Below are positions 19,119 to 28,935 of a stretch of DNA of 42,388 bases, one piece after another. This DNA is from a virus. The stretch lies in the IMG/VR virus record IMGVR_UViG_3300045988_175234; one strand, written 5' to 3'. How positions within the stretch are numbered: the stretch's first letter is position 1; each line of letters begins with the position of its first letter. A model generated the notes under the pieces. That model did no database searches, was not told the DNA's origin, and worked only from the letters and a program-made list of their open reading frames with translations. A program made the translations under genes and the position numbers.

Positions 19119-20243
19119 TTATCCTCGGTCTTCAAAAATATCTAATACTTCTGGCGAAAACCTAATATCCTGGCGAATACCTAAATACACAGCTTCGCGA
19201 AGTGAGCCTTTTGTTAATGCCATGTATTCAATTTCTACCATTATAGGACTAGTAGCTAAGCTGTTTATATATTTAAATAGTTCGTCTCTTTGGCAGTCCG
19301 TAAATCCTGTTCCTACTTTTGATTGATTACCGTTTCTGTCAGTAACTACTATTGCTCCAGCAGTGCCAGCACACTTGCCCTCGCCAGGTATGATCTCGCT
19401 AAGTCTGAACGTGCCGCGTTTTTTAAATTTAATCTTAAGCCAGTCACTTGTACGATTATTATTGATTGTCTCATTAATCGATTTAATGATTAAACCCTCT
19501 GCTTTTGATTCGCGAAGTTCATTTATTAGCTGTATTAGTTCTGTTTTAGTAGCTATTAAGTAGCTACAAGAAATTCTGCTAACATGATTGCATTCGCTAA
19601 AGCCAAGGTAAGATAACGTGTCATAGTAGCGATGTTTAGCAATCTGGCTAATAGGCTGCAAACCACGATTAGCATAATACATATTGTATATGTGATAATG
19701 TAACGTTTCTGTTTCAATATCTGTGGCATTTCTATTAGCGAGGCCATTCACTATTCTAAATGGTGCAGTAGCTGAATCATCCTGAAGTTCGCCATCTAAT
19801 ACAATAATTGGATATTCATTGGTTAATACTTTAGTTTCTCTGGCATAATCTGGGTTGTAGTGCGATTCAAGGTCTTTGACTATATGGTCAATAGCTAGAA
19901 TTTTATTCCCAGCACGTGTATATGGCCACGCTTTTATCTGTGTAAAATCTTTGTTTGGTATTATAATAATTTGACACCTGATACCGTCAAGTTTTGACTC
20001 GGCTATTAAAGGATATGTAAGATTATTTAAATTATTTTGCCAATCTTTTAAAGTTTTAGCTAGTTTAAAACCAAAGCCATCAAGTCTAGTAGTGATAGGT
20101 AGCTTATCAGGCAGTAGATAGTGCCCGTTTTCGTCGTAGCGATAGGCATTGTTAGTTAAGTTGATTTGTTTAACAGATGTAGATTTCGCTATTGGCTGTA
20201 AGTTTGCCATATTTTTAATATCTAATTTAAAATTTAGTTTCAT
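19119..20243 (-). CDS. ATP-dependent DNA ligase.
   Basis: Motif I ESKLDGIRCQ (KxDGxR). Motif IV EGLIIK. Motif V DWLKIKFKK. Confidence 0.85.
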   Translation of the reverse strand: MKLNFKLDIKNMANLQPIAKSTSVKQINLTNNAYRYDENGHYLLPDKLPITTRLDGFGFKLAKTLKDWQNNLNNLTYPLIAESKLDGIRCQIIIIPNKDFTQIKAWPYTRAGNKILAIDHIVKDLESHYNPDYARETKVLTNEYPIIVLDGELQDDSATAPFRIVNGLANRNATDIETETLHYHIYNMYYANRGLQPISQIAKHRYYDTLSYLGFSECNHVSRISCSYLIATKTELIQLINELRESKAEGLIIKSINETINNNRTSDWLKIKFKKRGTFRLSEIIPGEGKCAGTAGAIVVTDRNGNQSKVGTGFTDCQRDELFKYINSLATSPIMVEIEYMALTKGSLREAVYLGIRQDIRFSPEVLDIFEDRG

Positions 20244-20244
20244 T

Positions 20245-20550
20245 TTACTTTCCTTTTGTACGGCTGGTTACCGGTCTAGGTTTGGTAATACCATGAATTT
20301 GGTAGTTATTATCTAGCGAACAGCCAATTAATTTATTAAATTTAATGCCGTTTTCTAGTTCTAAGATTTTGCTGCCAATAGCTTTTACTGTACTAAACAG
20401 TAATTTATCAGGGTTTGCCTTAGCATAATAAAAACACCGGCTGCCTTGATATGTTACTTTTGGTAGGCGTTTAATAGCTTGATAAGGCGTACGGTCATAG
20501 CAGCCCATATCTTGCAACCCGTATTTTGCATTAATTATTGCTGCTTTCAT
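20245..20550 (-). CDS. Hypothetical protein, 101 aa.
   Basis: ORF. Confidence 0.35.
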   Translation of the reverse strand: MKAAIINAKYGLQDMGCYDRTPYQAIKRLPKVTYQGSRCFYYAKANPDKLLFSTVKAIGSKILELENGIKFNKLIGCSLDNNYQIHGITKPRPVTSRTKGK

Positions 20551-20797
20551 TTTTTATCCTTTCAATAGCGAATATTCTGCAATTTGGCGCTACACATTTT
20601 GAAATTATTGTTTTATCAATAGTGAGAATATCATACATTGGTTCACGAGTTGGGTAGCTAGACGTAACGTTAACAATAGTCCCACTACCAATCAAATATT
20701 GGTTATAGTTTGTTAGCCTATAATTAATTTTTGTGCCTATTTTAATAGGCTTAGATTTAAACATTTGTCCTTTATAGAAATAAATTTTTTGACTCAT
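20531..20797 (-). CDS. Hypothetical protein, 88 aa.
   Basis: ORF. Confidence 0.35.
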   Translation of the reverse strand: MSQKIYFYKGQMFKSKPIKIGTKINYRLTNYNQYLIGSGTIVNVTSSYPTREPMYDILTIDKTIISKCVAPNCRIFAIERIKNESSNN

Positions 20798-20801
20798 TTT
20801 G

Positions 20802-22910
20802 TTACACTCCTTTTGGTACTATTTGTTCATAGTTGTCGTCAGTTGCTCGCGATTCGGCTTCTGCCAAAGAAAAGTTTTTAGCTTTTTCTTCAATTGTACT
20901 GCCTTTAACTACTTGTTTCCAAAGGGCTTTTGATAATCCGCGTAACGACCAATCATTATATATAAGATATAGTGTTTCTTTGGCTCTGGTTACTGCTGTA
21001 TATAGCCATTCTCGAGAAAGTAGCCTATTAGAAGCTGAGTGGCAGATTACCACCACGTTTCTATACTCGCTACCTTGTGCTTTGTGGCAAGTAATTGCAT
21101 AAGCTAAATATAAGCCCCGCAAAGCACCTACAGTTGATATTGTTATAGTTCTAGAATCCTCTGACCCAACTGGCTGGTAGGCTATTGTTACACAGTGACT
21201 AGCTTGTTGTTCTTTAGTCTGGTTTTCATTATCTAACGAAATATTATCAACTAGTTTGTCAATATCAATTGATGCCGCTACTCGTTGTGCTTCAGCTAAA
21301 CGATTAGAATTATCTCTGGCGTCGTCACTATTTAGTTCTTGCGCTTCACGACTAATTTCGGCAAATCCGGTATATTCGCTATTTAACGAAATTTCGGTTA
21401 TATAACCCGTCATGCCGTTTAAAATTCCACTAGCATAATCATTTGCTGTAAACATAACTTTATCGCCAATAGCTAAAAATTTAGTTTCCATGCCCGCACG
21501 AATAAAAGTACGAGTAGCTGGATTAAACATTTCGGCAAGCCTATGATTTAGCGATTCTTGTCCAAGTAGTCCAACATTTTGCGGAACAATTATTTGGTCA
21601 ATAGCCGGGTTATATTTATTGTTTTGATAAAGCATTTTGATTACTGATAATACCGTTTTGTAGCCGTTAAATTCACTATTCTTTTTATCATAATATTCAT
21701 AGGGTAATTCTTTGGCTTTTACTTTATCTCGCTCTTGTGGTGTTAACGAACCAATATCACACATACGAAAATTTGGTTTATCATTGTCAACTATTGGCAT
21801 TTTTCCGGCTATTATTCTATGAGCATTTGCAATAATTGGGTTGTCTAATGCCTGGCGATGAATTTTCGTCAATGTTGACGTAACCCAATGCGGCGAAGAT
21901 AGTGCGTAGCCTAAAATAGATTTTCCCATTACAGCTGGTAGCTGATTAATATCACCAATGAGCACTATTTTTAGTGAGTCGTCGATTTTTAGGGCATTAA
22001 ATAGGTTATTCCATAGCTCAACACCTACCATACCGGCTTCATCTATAATAATAATATTTTGCTCTATTTTGCAACTAGCGTCTCGGCGTGGCAAGAATAT
22101 AGTTATAGTTTTCGCCTTTCCGTTTTCGTCAATGTAGTCTTTTTGAATAGGCGCGTATTCTAGTAAGTTGTGAATTGTCATACATCCGTTTTGTAGCTCG
22201 TTTGGCACAGCTTTACGCAATTGTTCAACAGCTTTACCTGTAAATGAAACAAAAGCTACATTATAGCCTTTAAAATTAGCGCCATTGCAGCGTTGATATT
22301 CTAGCGGTTTAATAAAACCTAATGTTTGTAGCCGATTAATAACTTCTTTAACTACTGTAGTTTTACCGCTACCAGCTGCGCCTATTAAACAATTATAGCG
22401 ATTATTAATAATATTATTAATAGCTTTAAGCTGTGATTCGTCCCAAGTAAACGTTTGCGAAGAATTGGTTAACGGTATTGTAGTTCTAGCGCTTTCGTTT
22501 GAAGTAGCGGTAGTAATAGAATTTTTGGCCTGTTGGTTTACTACTAATTTAATCGGAAGTTTAAAAATAAACGGTTTTGAATTTTTAGCTTGTGAAGTAG
22601 GTTTATTATCAATATTGTTATTTGCTTCTTGCTTTTCTATAAATGATTTTGGTAGTTTAAAATTAAATTTTGTAGTATGAGTTTCGCCAATATTAGCAGT
22701 TAATTTTATCTTATTGTTATTGTTATTTTCGTTTTCTTCGTTTTCCGGCATAGCCTTATCTAGGTTTTTTAGAATTTTGTTTTTTAGTTTATCTTTCGCA
22801 ACGGGGCTAAACTCGTTTTTAATTTTGTTATATTCATTTATGTTTAGTTTAACATTATTTTTCGCTACATCATAAAAAGACGTTTTTAGTTTTATTTTAA
22901 TTTCTGACAT
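20802..22910 (-). CDS. SF1 RecD/Dda-like DNA helicase.
   Basis: Walker A GAAGSGKTT. IIIDEAGMV. LIGDINQLPAV. TCHKAQGSEYRNVVV. Confidence 0.8.
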   Translation of the reverse strand: MSEIKIKLKTSFYDVAKNNVKLNINEYNKIKNEFSPVAKDKLKNKILKNLDKAMPENEENENNNNNKIKLTANIGETHTTKFNFKLPKSFIEKQEANNNIDNKPTSQAKNSKPFIFKLPIKLVVNQQAKNSITTATSNESARTTIPLTNSSQTFTWDESQLKAINNIINNRYNCLIGAAGSGKTTVVKEVINRLQTLGFIKPLEYQRCNGANFKGYNVAFVSFTGKAVEQLRKAVPNELQNGCMTIHNLLEYAPIQKDYIDENGKAKTITIFLPRRDASCKIEQNIIIIDEAGMVGVELWNNLFNALKIDDSLKIVLIGDINQLPAVMGKSILGYALSSPHWVTSTLTKIHRQALDNPIIANAHRIIAGKMPIVDNDKPNFRMCDIGSLTPQERDKVKAKELPYEYYDKKNSEFNGYKTVLSVIKMLYQNNKYNPAIDQIIVPQNVGLLGQESLNHRLAEMFNPATRTFIRAGMETKFLAIGDKVMFTANDYASGILNGMTGYITEISLNSEYTGFAEISREAQELNSDDARDNSNRLAEAQRVAASIDIDKLVDNISLDNENQTKEQQASHCVTIAYQPVGSEDSRTITISTVGALRGLYLAYAITCHKAQGSEYRNVVVICHSASNRLLSREWLYTAVTRAKETLYLIYNDWSLRGLSKALWKQVVKGSTIEEKAKNFSLAEAESRATDDNYEQIVPKGV

Positions 22911-22940
22911 TTGACAAGCTCCATTAATTAGCTTATTTAG

Positions 22941-23405
22941 CTAATCAAGTTTAATTTTAATTTTATTGTAAAATTCTTCGCTTAAGTAACTTAGTAGTTC
23001 GTTAACTCTGTGCGGCGGTGTTTTATTATCCGTACAATCAAATAAATTATAGATTGTTTCTGCACAAAAAAGTTTTATTTCAGTTTGATAGTACTTTTTT
23101 ATAAAAGTTAGAAAAGATGAATTAATTAAACTAGATTCGGTTAAGCTGTTAGACTTAGCTTTTAACCTAGTTTGTAATAAAAAATAGTAATCATAAACAG
23201 GAATTATATTTTTTATGCTAACAAACTTTGTACGGCAAAATTTACGTAGCGCCAAAATAAAAGATTTATTATTAGTTACTTTTATATTTATTTCAGTATT
23301 AGCGTAAAGATTTTTACTAAAATTAGTGTTAGTTAAATATTCTAACAGTTCGCAAAGATTGTTTATTTCTTCAACTTGTTTAGTTGTTGGTTTGTTGTTA
23401 TACAT
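22941..23405 (-). CDS. Hypothetical protein, 154 aa.
   Basis: ORF. Confidence 0.4.
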   Translation of the reverse strand: MYNNKPTTKQVEEINNLCELLEYLTNTNFSKNLYANTEINIKVTNNKSFILALRKFCRTKFVSIKNIIPVYDYYFLLQTRLKAKSNSLTESSLINSSFLTFIKKYYQTEIKLFCAETIYNLFDCTDNKTPPHRVNELLSYLSEEFYNKIKIKLD

Positions 23406-23406
23406 T

Positions 23407-24441
23407 TTATTGTTCTTTCTTTCTAATGATTATTTTAGATGTTAATTTAATTTTAGTTAATTGTGATAAATTTGACTTGCTAGTTATTTCTTCCATTTTG
23501 CCGTAATCATCAAATTTAACTAACCCTTTATTAATCTTCTCAGCTAAGGGCAAAGCGCGGCGTGCTTGTAACTCCCGCTTAAAGCTGTCTTGTTGGGTTA
23601 AATATAGTTCGCCGATGATATTATCTAAATAGCCGAAATTGTCTTTATAGCGCTTTAATTCGCGAAAGATTTTAATCGCGTTATTTTTTTCAGTTTCTTC
23701 GTCTAATTTCTTTTTGCAATGTGCTTGGCGGATTAGCTCAATATCGCGCAGAGTCAATTCCTGTGCATCGCTTAACGCATAGCGAAGTTTAAACTTGTTA
23801 ATTAAAAAGCTAACCATATCGGTAAGCGCATTTATAAATTTACCATCAAGGATAAGTAGCTTAATTTTATCAAACGATGACAGCGAAAGATTATTTAATT
23901 TTTCACAGGTGGACAAACCAGCCAAAGACAAGAACAAAACTAATTTGTTGTTAATTTTTGTTAGTTCATCATCTGTAAATTTGTAATCATCTAATTCGCT
24001 AGCAAATCGGCAAAAATCACAATCAAATAAAAATTGCCCCTCAGAGGTTAACCTAAAATTATCCTTAGACTTATAGGGCAGATATTCTAAACTCGATTCC
24101 ATAAGCTTTTTAATAGCGAAAAACATAAATTCACGCGGTGAAGCTTGCCGGTGGTAATCTAAGGTTCCAGTATCTGTGTAAATCCAATCAGCTAAATAGC
24201 TATTATTAAACATAAAATTCTTTTCAATTTTTTCGCAAGTTTTGACTAAATCATAATTACTAGAATTAAATAAATTTAACAATTCGCTATCAGTCAAATA
24301 ACCTTGTAGCTTACCAGTTTTTCGGCAACGCTTTTCTGTCAAATCGTAATCGTAATTAGCTATTATATTGTTTTTGATAGCTGTTACAATTTTTAGTTGT
24401 TCTTCGGTTAAGTTCTCAACTTGTTCAACAATTTTGTTCAT
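23407..24441 (-). CDS. Hypothetical protein, 344 aa. First gene downstream of the repeat-rich non-coding region.
   Basis: ORF. Confidence 0.45.
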   Translation of the reverse strand: MNKIVEQVENLTEEQLKIVTAIKNNIIANYDYDLTEKRCRKTGKLQGYLTDSELLNLFNSSNYDLVKTCEKIEKNFMFNNSYLADWIYTDTGTLDYHRQASPREFMFFAIKKLMESSLEYLPYKSKDNFRLTSEGQFLFDCDFCRFASELDDYKFTDDELTKINNKLVLFLSLAGLSTCEKLNNLSLSSFDKIKLLILDGKFINALTDMVSFLINKFKLRYALSDAQELTLRDIELIRQAHCKKKLDEETEKNNAIKIFRELKRYKDNFGYLDNIIGELYLTQQDSFKRELQARRALPLAEKINKGLVKFDDYGKMEEITSKSNLSQLTKIKLTSKIIIRKKEQ

Positions 24442-25190
24442 GTTATAAACCTCGTTGTTATTGTTAATAATTTATATTACTTTTTAATATAACATTTATT
24501 TATTAATAATCAACTATAAAATTCAATAAATCAACAAATAATTTAGTAGCGTTGTATTGTTTTATTAGTATGTTTGCTAGTATAACAATAACGTAACGCA
24601 TAACAAACTAACGATAACGTTTAAGTTTGGGCGGCAGGTGTGGTTATATGTTACGTTATTATGTTATACTTTGTTATTGTTATTTTAACAGTCTCGCTAC
24701 TACTTAGTTGTACGGCTAATTAGTTATTACTACTACTATAATTATTACTTACTACTACTACTACTACCATTTTGTTACTGCTTATTACCATTATTTAGTC
24801 TATCGATAATCACGACCTTTTACGCGAATTAAAATTTTGTCTCGCTACTAAATTTATTTAACTAAATATAACTAACTACTAATAACCTATAATAACCTAT
24901 AATAACCTATAATAGCCTAAGTATAGCTGCAATCGCTTGGTTGGTGGTTTGGTAGTAGGCTAATTATAGTTATAACATAACAATAACGTAACGCATAACA
25001 CGGGGGTTCGGGCAAATTTTATCGTTATCGTTAGTTAGTTACTGGGTGTTATATGGGTGTTATTGTTACTCCGCCAGTAGCTTATCAATTAATTAAATCA
25101 AATAAAACTAGCTTAGTAATTGCCGCGTTGTCGAAATGACAGACAATGCGCCAGTTTCATAATAGGCTACTAAAATTTAATTATCGCAAT
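24442..25190. repeat. 750-bp gene-free repeat region. Putative origin of replication and regulatory region.
   Basis: No ORF on either strand. Two perfect 24-bp direct repeats (24582-24605 and 24974-24997), each followed by related GTTATATG modules. An inverted copy of AACTAACGATAACG. A 10-bp unit AACCTATAAT tandemly repeated 3-5 times (24871-24920). TAC triplet runs (24727-24766). Confidence 0.5.
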
Positions 25191-25220
25191 AAAAAAGCCG
25201 CAAGTTGTTAGCTTACGGCT
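25188..25220 (-). terminator. Intrinsic terminator after the 268-aa gene.
   Basis: On the minus strand: GCCGUAAG / CUUGCGGC stem of 8 bp (including one G·U), a 7-nt loop, then U6. Confidence 0.6.
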
Positions 25221-25248
25221 TTTAGAGTTAGTTAAGTTAATTAATTGA

Positions 25249-26055
25249 TTAAATCAAATCATCGACATTAAACAGTTCTTCGCTTTCGTCATTTTTATCG
25301 GCGATAGTCATCTGGTTACGCGTCTCAATCATTCTATCGACTACAGCGGTAGGCTCGTTTGCAGCGACAAGTTTGGATTTAATGTTGGTAAGAAGTTTAT
25401 CAAAAATTGTTTTGCCGGATTCCGGTTCAATCATAAAGCTAAATACCTGCTGCGCAAGAGCTTCGTTTTTCATAGCTTCAATGATAGTTTTCTGGGTAAT
25501 AACAGCGTTAGCGCTCGGGAATTTGGCAAAACGTTTGCGCAAAGCCGGGCAAAGTTCAGCAACGATTTTCTTAAACGCTTCACTGCCAGTAGTAGCTCGG
25601 GAAGCTGTTAAGAAATCTTCAACTGTCCGCGGTGCAGTGTAAACTCGTTTGTTAGCTGCCGCGTTGCGTACGTTGTCGCGAATCTTTTTAATAACAGCTG
25701 CGTCGTAAGACTGTTTCAAAAAGTTCATTCCAATTTCTGATTTAAGAACAACGTCAAATTTCGGAGTAATAGCAAGCACGCAATAATTGAGCTGGCTGCC
25801 CTCTCCGCGTCCATCGTAAATCGGGAATGTCTGCAAAACATGGGTTTCAGCGTCGCCAAGATTCAGAATTGTATTGCCCTCGCTATCAGTGGTTACAATG
25901 CCGCTAGCGTCAACCATTTCAACCGGCGGATTAGCTGCGCTGCATTCTTCCTGTAATTTAGTAATTACCTCAGCGATTTTATTTTCATCGTTCAGTTCAA
26001 GAACGTTGTTAACTTCGATTAATCTTTTTTCTTTTGTCATTTTTAAACCTTTCAT
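25249..26055 (-). CDS. Hypothetical protein with an acidic C-terminal tail, speculatively an ssDNA-binding protein. Stand-alone early unit.
   Basis: Own TTGACA-17-TAAATT promoter and own terminator. C-terminus DESEELFNVDDLI resembles the acidic tails of phage SSBs. No fold evidence. Confidence 0.3.
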   Translation of the reverse strand: MKGLKMTKEKRLIEVNNVLELNDENKIAEVITKLQEECSAANPPVEMVDASGIVTTDSEGNTILNLGDAETHVLQTFPIYDGRGEGSQLNYCVLAITPKFDVVLKSEIGMNFLKQSYDAAVIKKIRDNVRNAAANKRVYTAPRTVEDFLTASRATTGSEAFKKIVAELCPALRKRFAKFPSANAVITQKTIIEAMKNEALAQQVFSFMIEPESGKTIFDKLLTNIKSKLVAANEPTAVVDRMIETRNQMTIADKNDESEELFNVDDLI

Positions 26056-26094
26056 AAATTAATTAATTAATTTAGTCCACCTCGGACAATTGAT

Positions 26095-26123
26095 AATTTA
26101 AATTAGTTTATTGTTTATGTCAA
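26095..26123 (-). promoter_or_regulatory. Sigma70-like promoter TTGACA-17-TAAATT for the 268-aa gene.
   Basis: Perfect -35 hexamer read on the minus strand. A-rich -10. Confidence 0.45.
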
Positions 26124-26187
26124 ATAAAAACTAATTAGTTATTAACAATAATTTAAAAATAATATTAGTAGTTAAATTTAAATCAAA

Positions 26188-26406
26188 TCAATACATCGAA
26201 TTAAACACTACCAAAGCTAAAAGTATCGCGATAAATATACCAGTAAGATTTAATAAAAAGTTTAACAATCTTAAAAAACCTTGTTCAAATTTAACAATCT
26301 CGCTATTAGCTTTTTTAGCTTCATTTTTGTTAGCGCAAAATTTAGCTTGAAATCTTAACCATTGTACATGCTCTTTATATAAATTATTTTTTCTAAACAT
26401 TTTCAA
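26188..26406 (-). CDS. First early gene. 72-aa protein with a C-terminal transmembrane helix.
   Basis: ORF directly downstream of the strong early promoter. GGAG Shine-Dalgarno. Hydrophobic C-terminus. Confidence 0.5.
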   Translation of the reverse strand: MKMFRKNNLYKEHVQWLRFQAKFCANKNEAKKANSEIVKFEQGFLRLLNFLLNLTGIFIAILLALVVFNSMY

Positions 26407-26433
26407 AACTCCTTTGTTGTTGTTAACATTTAT

Positions 26434-26462
26434 TATATAGCACTTAAATAATAAATAGTCAA
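26434..26462 (-). promoter_or_regulatory. Strong early promoter TTGACT-17-TATATA(AT) with extended -10 TGC.
   Basis: Minus-strand read: TTGACTatttattatttaagTGCTATATAAT, about 25 nt upstream of the ATG at 26406. Confidence 0.55.
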
Positions 26463-26692
26463 TAGCTTTTTATAACTAAATTAAAATAATTTAATTAACT
26501 ACCGCCTTTTATTGCAGGCTTAAAGTTTGTCGCTAAAAATATGACGGTACTCAAACCCCCAACCGCGCGATGGCCACCAGCCTATAAATACTTCGTCTCA
26601 CAAAATTTCCCAAAAATTTTAACCTATCGTATACTGATAAGTAGCGAATAACCTGATTTAAGAAAATATAATAGCGAGAGTTCATGAACTAT

Positions 26693-26720
26693 TGATTAGG
26701 TTTAAAAAGTGTGTTAATAA
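26693..26720 (+). promoter_or_regulatory. Candidate late promoter TTGATT-16-TGtTAATAA. Weak -10.
   Basis: Lies in the divergent intergenic region, about 30 nt upstream of the first late gene. A TATAAT at about 26666 is an alternative. Confidence 0.25.
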
Positions 26721-26749
26721 AGAAAAAGAATTAAAAAGGAGGTGAGAAG

Positions 26750-27451
26750 ATGGGCGCCCACGAAATTGCTCGAACTATTGACCAAGAATTGCAATCGGCG
26801 ATTGGCCAGGCAGATACAGTAGCTGATAAGCTTGATAGTTTAACTGATTCGTTTGTTAAGTTTAAAGTTGCCGGAGCACCCAAAGTAGCGATAATGGAAG
26901 CTTTGGGCATTAGCGAAGATGAGTTTGATAGGCTAAATGCTAAACAAGAAGTCAAACAAGCTGTGCTAGTATCAGAAACGCAAAGACTAGAAACTGGCGC
27001 TATAATGGACTCAGGCTGGGACGTTATAGAGAATCAAGCTATGGCAATTGTGTTAGAAGCTGTAAGAGAGGCGCGCGACCCAGAATTCTCGCTACGGGCG
27101 GCTGCTGTGGCCAACAAAGCCATAAGGCGGCGTCGCGAAGATGCAAAGCTATTGGCGCAAACTCAGCCAGGCGAATATAAAAATGTTAATAATATAGCCG
27201 TAATCAATTTGCCGAAAATGTTTGTTAATAGCCTACAAACACAAACCCAGGCAGATATTAGTAAACAATTAGAACTACAAACAGAGGCTGTAGAGATACC
27301 TAAATTTACCGATGTGGCTGACGTTTGTACTACCAATCAACTATTAAGTAGCGAGATGGCTGTAAAAAATGCCAGACAAATCTGTTCAGGATTAGAAACA
27401 AAAGAACAAATAGATGATTTTATTGGGAGTATGCTAGATGGTAAATTCTGA
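26750..27451 (+). CDS. Putative small terminase subunit.
   Basis: First gene of the late arm, immediately before the large terminase. HTH-like KVAIMEALGISEDEF. Strong Shine-Dalgarno AAGGAGGTGA. Confidence 0.4.
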   Translation: MGAHEIARTIDQELQSAIGQADTVADKLDSLTDSFVKFKVAGAPKVAIMEALGISEDEFDRLNAKQEVKQAVLVSETQRLETGAIMDSGWDVIENQAMAIVLEAVREARDPEFSLRAAAVANKAIRRRREDAKLLAQTQPGEYKNVNNIAVINLPKMFVNSLQTQTQADISKQLELQTEAVEIPKFTDVADVCTTNQLLSSEMAVKNARQICSGLETKEQIDDFIGSMLDGKF

Positions 27452-28925
27452 TGATGCTGATAGCGAGATTACAGAACAGATAGCCATACAATCTGACCAA
27501 ATTAAAGAACGACTAAAATATGACTATAGATTCTTTATTGCGTTTTTTATGGGTGATATGCTGGAGTTACCTAGCCCAGATTTTCACATTACTATCTTTT
27601 CACGGATGGTCTCACTAAAAGTTAAGCAGTCAGTATATGCTGTACCTCGTGGTTATGCTAAAACTACAATAGCGAGGCTTGCAGCTACACATATTCTTAT
27701 ATTTAGCGATGTTAAAAATATTTTTTATGTAAGTCATTCGTTGGCTGGCGCCGTGCCATCTGTTCGTGCTATAGTACGTTATTTAAAGTCTGAGAATTTT
27801 GAAAGTGTATTTGGCAAAGTAGTATTTAATATCGAACAAGATGGTAAAGGAATTTATTCATTTATACTACCAAACGGCAAGGAGTGCTATCTTCAAGCTA
27901 TTGGTTCAGAGCAGCAAGTTCGCGGTACCAACATTGGTGGTAGACGAATTGAACTCGCTATTGTAGATGACGTAGAAGATAGAAAAGATAACAAAAATGA
28001 TGAGATTTATAAATCGCTAAAGACGTGGTTTTATTCCGACCTTAAAAAGGCTTTGGATAAACGAGTTGGTAAAATAATACAAATTGGAAATATAGTAGCT
28101 AAGAATAGCTTAGTATATGAACATTGTCAATCTAAGCATTGGTTTTCAATGCATTTTAGCGCTATTAAATCTGATGGCCAACCATTATGGCCAGAGCTAT
28201 GGTCACTTAAAGATTTAGCTGATGACTTTCGCGAATATCAAGAGATGGGCCAGACTAGTAACTGGTTCGGCGAAATGATGAATATCATAATACCTGACTC
28301 GGCTACATTGATTGGAGCTAACGAAATTACGTTTAGGCCTAGGCCAGTTCCGGGTATGATAGACTATGGCTTTATTACTATAGACCCTGCAATTAGCGAT
28401 AACGATAAACATGCGCATAACTGTGCTATAGCAGTACATGGATACGTTAATGACAAGTGGCAAATTATTGATTACTTTAGTGAGATTGGTGTTGACCCAG
28501 TTAGGCTGTTTCGCGAAACATATAGACTCGCTACTTACTGGGGTATAACATATGTGGGTATCGAAAATGAGGGGTATCAAGCTTCGTTAAAATACGTATT
28601 CGAATATATGCAAAAACGTGAAGATGTTTTGTTTAAGTTACGGTATGTTCAGATACCTACTGGAAAGAAACACAAATACACACGAATTGCTACTTGGGTA
28701 GGCTACCTAAAACGTGGTGACTACACACTATCAACAGGAGATATTAGAACTGTTAATCAATTAATGGCCTATGACCCTACTAGCAAAAACAACAGTGATG
28801 ACTTAATTGATGTTGAAGCGTATGGAGTTTATATGATTAACAATTATTTAGCTGATATAGTGGCAGCGTCCAACACTAATAGGCTAAATACATTAAATGG
28901 TGTAATTGAAATGGACGTAATATAG
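27438..28925 (+). CDS. Terminase large subunit.
   Basis: Walker A-like AVPRGYAKTT. Walker B LAIVDDVED. C-terminal RNaseH-like nuclease motif FITIDPA … AIAVHG. Confidence 0.75.
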   Translation: MVNSDDADSEITEQIAIQSDQIKERLKYDYRFFIAFFMGDMLELPSPDFHITIFSRMVSLKVKQSVYAVPRGYAKTTIARLAATHILIFSDVKNIFYVSHSLAGAVPSVRAIVRYLKSENFESVFGKVVFNIEQDGKGIYSFILPNGKECYLQAIGSEQQVRGTNIGGRRIELAIVDDVEDRKDNKNDEIYKSLKTWFYSDLKKALDKRVGKIIQIGNIVAKNSLVYEHCQSKHWFSMHFSAIKSDGQPLWPELWSLKDLADDFREYQEMGQTSNWFGEMMNIIIPDSATLIGANEITFRPRPVPGMIDYGFITIDPAISDNDKHAHNCAIAVHGYVNDKWQIIDYFSEIGVDPVRLFRETYRLATYWGITYVGIENEGYQASLKYVFEYMQKREDVLFKLRYVQIPTGKKHKYTRIATWVGYLKRGDYTLSTGDIRTVNQLMAYDPTSKNNSDDLIDVEAYGVYMINNYLADIVAASNTNRLNTLNGVIEMDVI

Positions 28926-28935
28926 GAGTTAGCTA

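Noticed and set aside
24442-25190. CRISPR-like array.
   Set aside because: The repeats are only two 24-bp copies 392 bp apart, plus 10-bp iterons. There is no regular repeat-spacer periodicity, and no cas genes are present.
26407-26749. Integrase or repressor switch region (a temperate lifestyle).
   Set aside because: No integrase, recombinase, repressor or attP-like gene is detectable anywhere in the genome. The region is better explained as divergent early and late promoters of a virulent phage.
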